This document shows, in pieces, positions 54,559 through 64,000 of a DNA stretch of 64,000 nucleotides. This stretch comes from Eledone cirrhosa (lineage: Eukaryota). The position numbers were made by a program, and so were the translations under genes. The DNA lies in the NCBI GenBank assembly GCA_964016885.1, contig OZ024757.1, forward strand, positions 24,490,001 through 24,554,000, given 5' to 3'. The notes beneath the pieces were generated by a model. That model was not told the DNA's origin. It saw nothing but the letters and a program-made list of their open reading frames with translations, and ran no database searches. How positions within the stretch are numbered: the first letter of the stretch is position 1; each line of letters begins with the position of its first letter.

Positions 54559-56840
54559 CTGTCAGAAGAAAAGGGAACAGCAACACCTTAAGACATACAC
54601 ATAAATAGAGGGATTACACACACATATATACAGATACACATACATATATATACACACACACATATCTATATATAAAGTTTGCGGTGCTGAAACCGAGGAA
54701 ACTACAAATCAGGGAAGTACTCTCTGCATGGGAAAAAGCAGAGTAGGTATAGAGGAAGGTAAAAGCCTTGCCAAATACAAGCTGAAACCACTAGGTGCTA
54801 CCCTCAGGTTTTTATCCTCTTTTTCTCTCTCTCTCTCTCTCTATATATATCATCATTTCATTTTACATCCGCTTTTTCCCTACTTGCAAGGGTGGGATGG
54901 GAACTGATGCTGGCTTGATTTCTACAGCTGGATGCCCTTCCTAACACCAACCTTATTTACAGTGAGTGCTGGGTGCTTTTTTGCCGTGGCACCTCCACGA
55001 CCACTTTACAGTGGAATGATAGGGACACCAGTCCCTATCATCTCATTTCTACAGCTGAGTAAACTGGAGCAATGTGAAATAAAGTGCCTTGCTCAAGGGA
55101 AAAACACATCACCCGGTCTGAGAATTGAACTCACAACCTTTTGATTGCAAGGCCAATGCTCTAACCACTAAGCCATGTGCCTCCATATATATATATATAA
55201 TCAAAGTTTAGCAAATAGGAAAAAGTTTTAAAATAAATTTTAAAAAGTTCACTGTACCTGCTATAATTACCCTTACCGGGTATATATATATGCACACATA
55301 TATTTATATATACCCACACACAAACATATATATATATATATATATATTACTCAGCTGTAGAAATGAGATGATAGGGACTGGGGTCCCTATCATTCCACTG
55401 CAAAGTGGTCGTGGAGGTGCCACGGCAAAAAAAGCACCCAGCACTCACTGTAAATGAGGTTGGTGTTAGGAAGGGCATCCAGCTGTAGAAATCAAGCCAG
55501 AATCAGTTGCCGTCCCACCCTTGCAAGCAGGAAAAAAGCGGACGTAAAATGAAATGAAAATGAAATATATATATATATATGTGTGTGTGTGTATATAAAT
55601 AGGGAGACACAAAGCATGCTTTGTTAACAAATGGCTAGCGAATTTGAATGGAAGGAAACATGGGTAGCATGTTGGTGTAATGGTAGCACATTGGTCCGGC
55701 AAACCAAAGATGTGGGTTTGTGTCCCATGTACATCGATACTCATCCTTTTTTTCCATTCAGAGGGTTTTTTAAAATCCCAACTAACAGACTAATTCTATG
55801 TAGTCAAATACGGCGTAAACATATATTACTACACATATATATATCATCATCACCGTTTTACGTCCGTTCTTCCACGCTAGCATGGGTTAGACGGGTTGTC
55901 CTGTTGTGGGCAGTGTCCGGTCGGCTGACCTTGTCTTGCTCATACGGGAACTGATTCTGGCTTGATTTCTTCTGTTGGATGCCCTTCCTAACACCAACCT
56001 CATTTAGTGGTGGGTGCTTTTTTTCCGTGGCACCTCCACGTCCACTTTACAGTGTGGGCTGGGTGCTTTTCTGCCGTGGCACCTACATGTCCACTTTACA
56101 GTGTGGGCTGGGTGCTTTTCTGCCGTGGCACCTACACGTCCACTTTTTTACAGTGTGGACTGGGTGCTTTTTTGCCGTGGCACCTACACGACCACTTTAC
56201 AGTGGAATGATAGGGCTGGGGTCCTATCATCTCATTTCTACAGCTGAGTAAACTGGAGCAATGTGAAATAAAGTGTCTTGCTCAAGGAAACAACACATCA
56301 CCCGGTCTGAGAATTGAACTCACAACCTTTCGATTAAGCCATATATATATATCCAATGTCAGTTATCCTGTAACAACAAGGAAAGTTGTATATTGAAGTA
56401 GGAGGGGAGGTGCATGCATATGGGGAGGAATCTATATATTAGAAGGGAAAGGAGGCAGGGATTTATATTGGGAGAGGGAGAGAGGAAGACATGTATAGAG
56501 AAAGGAGAGGGAAGAGTCTATTATTGAATAGGGGAGCAGAAAAACGGATAACAATTAAACTCAATCCCAGACCTCATTCACTTACAAAATGCAGTGGAAT
56601 TCGTGAAATTGGACCAAGGAAACAAGGTTTCCATTGGTCTTTCCATTGCTGATACTATCTACTGGTCGCGGCTCCTGGTAGAAAGAGTAATGTGAAATAA
56701 AGTGTCTTGCTCAAGGATGCTTGGCCCAGGAATCGAATTCACAACCTCACAATTTCATACCCAATTCTCTAACCACTAAGCCATGCCCCTTCACTAAAAC
56801 AGACAAAAACCCTGCAAATATTAGGGAAATTTGGACTAAC

Positions 56841-56977
56841 CTCTCGGAGTTTCTCTTCCAATGATGGATTCTTCACTTTGGATCTGAGGGTGGCCTCTGC
56901 CCCAGCCATTGGCACTGAGGGGACAGTCTTGTCCTCGAAGTTGACAAATATTGTGTGACGAGATCGTCTTTGTCTCG
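56841..56977 (-). CDS. GTF3C5: GTF3C5 internal exon B
   Basis: TTTCAG| acceptor, GAG|GTTAGT donor, 137 nt, phase 1-0. RQRRSRHTIFVNFEDKTVP...EEKLRE vs recalled human RARRPHNAIFVNFEDEEVP...EEELRK. Confidence 0.92.
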
Positions 56978-58015
56978 CTGAAAGAAGAGATAAGGGAGAC
57001 AGTGAAATGGTGAAGAGGGCACAGGAAGATATATTGTCATCATCATCATCATTATAACCACTAGCATCATCATTATCATCATCCCCACTAGGGTGGTGGA
57101 TTGGCAGTATCGGTAGAGGGTCAGACGCCATGCTTTGACACAGAGAGTTACAACCCTTTCCAATCTGAGTTCAAATCCCGCCGAGATTAACTTTGCCTTT
57201 CATCCTTATGGGGTCGATAAAATAAAGTACCAGTAATGCACTGGGTAATTGCTGGCCTTGTGCCAAAAGTAGAAACAATTATCATCATCTCCACTAGTAC
57301 TATAATCCTCACTACTAGTACTACCATCATCACCATTAACATCACTACCACTAGCATCACCATCACCTTCACCATCATTTGCATCATTATCACTAGCATT
57401 ATCATCACCACCATTTACATCATCATCATTACTATTATAATTATCATCATCATCAACACTAACATCCTCCTCCTCCTGTGTTTGCTATACCATCTAGAGC
57501 TTATTCTGATAAAACTGGTGTTGAGAGACTGAGAGTACAAGACTTCTCCCTGGACAAGATGCCAGTCCATCGCAGGGTTAACTCCCAGCGACTGTTTATG
57601 GCACTCCTTTTCAACTGAGTGGACGGGAACAACAAGGACACATCATGCCACCTGGTCAAGGAATAAAACCCACAACATGACAGTCATAAGATTACCCGCT
57701 AACCACTTGGCCTAGTTAAGCGTCCATATAAAGCTGTTAAGCCATGACAGACTAAGAAAGGTATCTAACACTAATGTCTAAAGTCTGTCTCGAGCCTGGA
57801 AGCTCATCAAGCCGGTGCTTATCCCGATTTCCTTGGCATTAAGTAACTGAGAGTACAAGACACCCTCGTGGACAGAACGCCAATCCATCGCAGAGTTAAA
57901 CCTCCGGCTATGACTGGTACTCATTTTCAGTTGAGTGTATTGGAGCAACCTGAAATAAAGTGTTTTGCTACATGACATTCAGAAACATTTTTTTCACACT
58001 CAGAGTTGCTGAAGC

Positions 58016-58942
58016 ATGGAACAAACTACCTGCATCAGTTGTTAGCTGTCGAGACACTGCATCCTTTAAAACTTCCATGGAACAAACTACCTGCATCAGT
58101 TGTTAGCTGTCGAGACACTGCATCCTTTAAAACCTCCATGGAACAAACTACCTGCATCAGTTGTTAGCTGTCGTGACACTGCATCCTTTAAAACCTCCAT
58201 GGAACAAACTACCTGCATCAGTTGTTAGCTGTCGAGACACTACATCCTTTAAAACTTCCATGGAACAAACTACCTGCATCAGTTGTTAGCTGTCGAGACA
58301 CTGCATCCTTTAAAACCTCCATGGAACAAACTACCTGCATCAGTTGTTAGCTGTCGTGACACTGCATCCTTTAAAACTTCCATGGAACAAACTACCTGCA
58401 TCAGTTGTTAGCTGTCGAGACACTGCATCCTTTAAAACCTCCATGGAACAAACTACCTGCATCAGTTGTTAGCTGTCGAGACACTGCATCCTTTAAAACC
58501 TCCATGGAACAAACTCCCTGCAACAGTTGTTAGCTGTCAGGACACTGCATCCTTTAACACCTCCATGGAACAAACTCCCTGCAACAGTTGTTAGCTGTCA
58601 GGACACTGCAATCTTTAACACCTCCATGGAACAAACTCCCTGCAACAGTTGTTAGCTGTCAGGACACTGCATCCTTTAACACCTCCATGGAACAAACTAC
58701 CTGCAACAGTTATTAGCTGTCAGGACATTGCATCCTTCAAAACTTCCATGCTTCCTGAAATTCGCCAACACTAAACCTGATATTCCCCCTCCATACACAC
58801 AAGCATGTATGTCTGTATGTATATCATGACCCATACACTGTTCACTTTCCTGACATTTGTACATTAATCTATGTACTATGCATGCACTTTTGATAAGGTG
58901 TAGTGCACCTGAGCACAGTACACAATAATTTTCATTATTATT
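58016..58942 (+). repeat. 61-bp minisatellite (about 12 units) from a CR1/L2-like ORF2 end, followed by its 3' UTR
   Basis: Unit reads WNKLPASVVSCRDTASFKTS; continues MLPEIRQH*, UTR and (ATT)n tail; unamplified relative at 48866-49108. Confidence 0.85.
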
Positions 58943-59639
58943 CAGAGTATCGGTAGAGGGTTGGGCGCCATGCTTTGAAGCATAGAGTTAGCTCCCTTTA
59001 TGATCTGAGTTCAAATCCCGCCGAGGTTAACTTTGCCTTTCATCCTTACGAGGTCGATAAAATAAAGTACCAGTAATGCACTGGGTAATTGCTGCCCTTG
59101 TGTCAATAGTAGAAACAATTATTTTAATACAACATAACCCAGTCCAGGAATCGAACCCACGACAGCGCTTTGAACGGAGTGCTAAAGTCAAAGACGCAGC
59201 TAATCAAACAGTCCATGGATAGATGAATATTCATCGGAGCTTGGAATAGAGGTATTGAAGAGGAGGCGATGAAAAAAAGCTAAAAAAAAATATCTAAATT
59301 ACGAAACATAACTCTTCAGTCAAACTGGCCAAAATAATCAAAATAAATAAATAAATATAATCATGGGAGTTAATGAAGTTTCAATATTTTACGAGTTGCG
59401 TCCCTTGAGAGAAGGCTTTAAGCCTTTAGCATTTATATTACTTTATATTTACTATTGTATTTTCATGGTAAAGGCTTTATCTCACATAATATCGAATCTA
59501 TAAGATTTTGATGTTATTTATTTTGAGAACAATACCATAACATTAGTATGGGTGGCCAGTTATGGCTGATTTGAACAGAAAGAGTTAAGAGAATTCTGGC
59601 CGGATATGGTCGGTTTAAATGCTAAAGGGTTAAGTCAGT

Positions 59640-60110
59640 AATGGGTAAACTACGGATAGATGTCGTTGCGAATCTGTTGGTGAGTTCCATCTGTACCTGC
59701 TATCCTGCCGACTTAATGCAGTGCAGTTCCTTCGACACTCAGCTCTGCATGACAAAATCCGAAGGAGCATCAATGTGTCTGGATTCCCATTACAACTGGA
59801 GACAGCTGGCTTTGATTGTGGCAATGGTAGGTGCCCAGATGGGATAACTCCCTTCCCATTCGGGAGAGGTAAATACTTAATCTGGGATGCCACATCCTGC
59901 GCCTTGTTCTTCAGCTCCAACTTGTCTTTTCAGCCACAAACTCAGGTATTGCCACCTGTAGGGCAGAGGAGCGGAAAGTTGCCAAATACCAGGGTTTGAC
60001 AGACTGCTTCCCTTTCATGCCAGTTGCTGTTGAGACTTCCGGTGTCCTAGGCACCCAAACTACCATTTTCCTTCGCAAAATCGGAAAAACAGCAGCTTGC
60101 CTAAGGAGCT
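59640..60110 (+). mobile_element. CRE-like (restriction-like endonuclease) non-LTR retrotransposon C-terminal relic
   Basis: LSC..RHSALHDKIRR...GRCPDGIT..PFGRGKYLIWDAT...AEERKVAKY...FMPVAVETSGVLG. Confidence 0.7.
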
Positions 60111-61044
60111 TTTTGTCATAGCCCCAGCATTACCACCTTACTGAGTGGACTGGGTGCTTTTACCATGGCACCAGCACTACCACCTTACTGAGTGGACTGG
60201 GTGCTTTTACCATGGCACCAGCACTACCACCTTACTGAGTGGACTGGGTGCTTTTACCATGGCACCAGCACTACCACCTTACTGAGTGGACTGGGTGCTT
60301 TTACCATGGCACCAGCACTACCACCTTACTGAGTGGACTGGGTGCTTTTACCATGGCACCAGCACTACCACCTTACTGAGTGGACTGGGTGCTTTTACCA
60401 TGGCACCAGCACTACCACCTTACTGAGTGGACTGGGTGCTTTTACCATGGCACCAGCACTACCACCTTACTGAGTGGACTGGGTGCTTTTACCATGGCAC
60501 CAGCACTATCACTTTACTGAGTGGACTGGGTGCTTTTACCAGCACTACCACCTTATAGAAAAGATTGGCTGTTTTTGTTGCAACTCCACCACTACCACCT
60601 TACAGTGTGACCTGGGAGTTTTTATCATGGCACCAACACTTCCTAAAGTTACAATATTTTTAAGAGTTTTCCTCGAGAAGTCAGCTTTTTTTTTTCTTTC
60701 TTTCATAATAACCACGAAAAGTGGCTGAAATGTGGTTCCTCAGACCTCAGAGAATCGCAACATTGAGAGATCACAGCTCTGATATTACGGGCAGGCGGTT
60801 AGAATGTCTCAAGAATCACTGGACAGATTTTACAGGCAAAACCAAGTGGCAGCAGACCCTGAGGTAGACCCTGAGCAGGAAGGTCGTGTTTGGAGATGAT
60901 TGCTTCTAACAGGTCCCGCTGGAAGGAGTGTTTGAGGACTCTGCCCCATAATCTTCCCAGGAATGAATGGGCAAAGAAGAAAAAGAAGAAATAGTAGCTA
61001 AATTGTCCCTCAAAATATATTTTAAAAAAATACGAAATCCTTAC

Positions 61045-61314
61045 CTGTTCCAATTAGATGACTTGGACGTTGATCTTGGGGGTTTACAAAGCCAGAACGA
61101 TGTTGCATTTCTGATCTGTAAAGGTATTCCATGGGTGTGTCCATTCGGGAGAAGATAATGGGTGGCAGGAATAAGGGTACATCAACCTTCAGCCAGTCTT
61201 TAACATCTTCTGGTGACTTAACAACCAATTTATCAAATATACTGGAAAATATCTTGGTTTCACTATCACCAGTCGAATGCGATATCATTGGTAAATACTG
61301 AAAGTCTACCATGC
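61045..61314 (-). CDS. GTF3C5: GTF3C5 (TFIIIC subunit 5) internal exon A
   Basis: TTACAG|GC acceptor, AG|GTAAGG donor, 270 nt, phase 1-1. Encodes GMVDFQYLPM...VPLFLPPIIFSRMDTPMEYLYRSEMQHR...LIGT, matching recalled vertebrate GMSDFQYL...LYIPPPIFSRLDAPVDYFYRPETQHR. Confidence 0.93.
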
Positions 61315-61626
61315 CTGTAAAAATAGTTCCCATTGCAATAGATCAAATCAAAATAAATCATTTTATCAATCATAATATGGCTAGACTTTCAACTGCTGAG
61401 GCCCTAAGCTATGATATTTGAGGACCTTCTCTAAAAAATATTATTATTTTTTATATTAACAGTAATGATAAAGAATTTATATATTTATATATATATATAT
61501 ACAGGGTGTCACAAAAAATGTATACACACTTTGATTACCTGTACAGGCAATATTTATTAGAATGTTGTTCAAGTGTGTATACATTTTTTTGGCTGGGGAG
61601 AGGGGGCACCCTGTATATATATATAT

Positions 61627-61775
61627 ATATTTATTAAAATAACAGATTAAAATTTAAGTAAAGAATCGCTGCTTTCACCCTTAACCGTTAAGGGTGAAAG
61701 CAGCGATTCTTTGCTTAAACTTTAATCTGTTATTTTAATAAATATTTGCTCTACGGTTCTTATATATTTGATATA
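61627..61775. mobile_element. Fold-back element folded inside a hammerhead-like stem II, family P5
   Basis: Arms 61627-61685/61687-61745; related piece 21020-21087(-) reads CAGAAGA-TCCCGTTAAGGGT-GAAAGCAGTGATTC. Confidence 0.6.
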
Positions 61776-62165
61776 TATTTATCCTTATATATATATATAT
61801 ATAATTTTTGATGATTTAGTGTCAAAAACTAAAAACTAAAGATAAAATAAAAATATATTTTAAAAATGAGACTCCCAAGTGTGTGTGCCCCTAAGCTTTA
61901 GTTTATTTGATTTATAGGTAAGTCCAGCACTGACAAAGGGGACTTTCACCAGCTGAGGCCCTAAGCTATACGAAATTTGAGGCCCTTCCTCTAAAAAAAA
62001 TGAAGGTAAAATTTTTTTTTATAAATGTACATGATTATTATTTTTTATATTAATATTAATGAAAGCATCTGAAACTATAACGATCTCCAGGAGACAGCCA
62101 ATGAGTGGGAATTGTCCTTGTGATTGCCTCTTCCCCGTTTTCTGTTTCCTATATTTCTCCCAGGT

Positions 62166-62198
<33 letters not shown>

Positions 62199-62208
<10 letters not shown>

Positions 62209-62618
62209 AAAGATGAAATAAAAGATGGTTATAAGAGTTCCATATATTTTATTATACGTATTTCGAATACAAAATGCTCCTGGGACAAAAATTGTGTTCT
62301 CTTCAGATAAAATAAGGCACAATGATATGAGGCATAATAGCACTTGTTTATAGGAAAGTGCTAAGTCTACTTAGCACTTTCCTATAAACAAGTGCTATTA
62401 TGCCTCATATCATTGTGCCTTATTTTATCTGAAGAGAACACAATTTTTGTCCCAGGAGGATTTTGTATTCGAAATACGTATAATAAAATATATGGAACTC
62501 TTATAACCATCTTTTATTTCATCTTTATTGTATATACTCCAGTTCTACCAACTGTCAAATGTTACTTATCTGATATATGCATAGTTTTATTGTTCTACAA
62601 TATTACTCACCTTCTATA
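62199..62618. mobile_element. Palindromic hammerhead-bearing element, family P4
   Basis: 168-bp arms 62199-62366/62369-62536 (2-nt loop, one mismatch), tail to 62618; related fragment at 8090-8205. Confidence 0.8.
62421..62490 (+). ncRNA. Minimal type I hammerhead ribozyme (mirror copy about 62245-62314 on minus)
   Basis: Helix I TATTTTAT/ATAAAATA (perfect); CTGAAGA 62429-62435; helix II GAACACAA/TTGTATTC; GAAA 62471-62474; palindromic helix III ATACGTAT; AUA cleavage after 62482. Confidence 0.8.
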
Positions 62619-62847
62619 TTATATATATATATATATAATGAGGGCCGGCTAAAACATTCATAGGCTGATTACAAAGGAGTGATGTTCATGCTGTGAAATC
62701 TTGCATGCATTAATATTAATTTCAACTCTTCTTATTAATAACAGCAGTGTTTCTTTCCAGGGACTATGTTGAAAAATAAACCTCATTTGCTCATTCCATG
62801 AGAGTATCTTGATCAGCCTATGAACATTTCATTCATATATATATATA

Positions 62848-64000
62848 CAGGGTGGGGCATAAGTTCGGAAGCAAATTTTTGAAATTTGACTTGTAAAAGT
62901 GTTGCAAGTATATCATTAATCTTCTTTTATTTTCAATGTTAAAACATTAGTCTATGTAAACATATTGGACTTTGTTTGAATTTCTTAAAGAAATTGAATA
63001 TATCACCCAATAGAGAAATGATACTCAAACTTCAGTGCACAGGAAGATCAGATTCGGATATTGCAAAGTTACTTTCGGTGGCTAGATCTACTGTTTGGAA
63101 AGCTGTGAAGCATTTTAAAGAGCAAGTTTTGTTGGATAGATCCAGAAGTAGAAAACCTCAAACTAAACAGACTCCAACCATCATCAAAGTCTTTCGAGAA
63201 AGGATAAGAAGCAATCTGAAAAGTTCCATGAGAAAAATGGCAAAAGAGGTCCAAGTAAGGCCTAGGACAATGTGAAGGATCATCAATGATGATTTGGGAG
63301 TGTCTTCCTTCACTCTTCAGAACAGACAAACCTTTTTTTGTAAAGACAAAACAAAAAAAGGCTAGAGAGAAGCAATAATTTGCTTAAAGAAATGAAACGT
63401 GACATGAAAGAGGAAATTGTCTGGTCAGATGAAAAGATTTTCATTGTTGAGCAGACACACAACTGAAGAGAATGACAAGTCATTGGGAAAAACCCATCAA
63501 CAATCAGTGTTGACCAAATATCTGTATTCCATACAATGAAACCAGCTTCTGTTATGGTCTGGGTGGCTGTTTCATTGTCTTGGAAGTCTCCTCTCATTTT
63601 TGTGGAAGAAAGGACAAAAATCAGCTCCCAATCTTACATAGTTGCTTCTGCAACTAATCATTTTGGCAATGATTATCTGTGAACCTCCCAACAGGATGGA
63701 GTTACCTCCCATACAGCAAATGTCACACAAGCTTGGTGCAAAGACCATCTTTCGAGGTTCTAATCAAAAGAAATATGGCCTCCTTGTTCGCCTGATTTGA
63801 ACCCTAAGGACTTTTCAGTATGGTTTATCCTAGAAGATAAAGCCTGTTTAAAAGTCCACAAGACAGTCGATGATTTAAAGGCATCTTTACTGAGCGCTTG
63901 GAGAGAAATTCCCCAACAAATGTTGCATGCTTCGGTGAAAAATGTTCAACTGAGGTTAGAGGCTGTTATTGCTGCACGAGGGTGTCATTTTGAATAAATA
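62848..64000 (+). pseudogene. Decayed DD37D (maT-like) Tc1/mariner transposon
   Basis: TA|CAGGGTG start; HTH (SDIAKLLSVARSTVWK); VWSDEKIF; QQDG...WPPCSPDLNPKD with 37 residues between the last two Asp; several stops. Confidence 0.85.

Overview
Eukaryotic, microsatellite-saturated genomic DNA. The repeat landscape ((TA)n/(CA)n everywhere, RTE LINEs with (GAT)n tails, matching SINEs) suggests an octopus/cephalopod, which is an inference. One host gene is readable: five minus-strand, phase-compatible internal exons of GTF3C5 (TFIIIC 63-kDa subunit) at 61045-61314, 56841-56977, 54351-54558, 52812-52981 and 40667-40780. Its 5' exons lie right of the window and I could not find its C-terminal exon(s). 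The rest is mostly mobile DNA: two near-identical inverted RTE LINEs (one with a long open ORF), many LINE fragments (RTE, CR1/L2, Tx1-like, CRE-like), SINEs, mariner/DD37D relics, MITEs, a Helitron-like element, a Penelope-like GIY-YIG relic and LINE-derived minisatellites. Two observations stand out. (1) Several families of short fold-back (palindromic) elements sit in (TA)n and carry minimal hammerhead-ribozyme motifs in both arms; one hairpin links by in-window homology to the Penelope-like relic. (2) A 59-bp tandem array starts at a GTF3C5 splice donor, and every unit reads as a 53-nt mini-intron plus a 6-nt Gly-Gln microexon whose donor is hairpin-masked. Most ORFs in the track are microsatellite artefacts.
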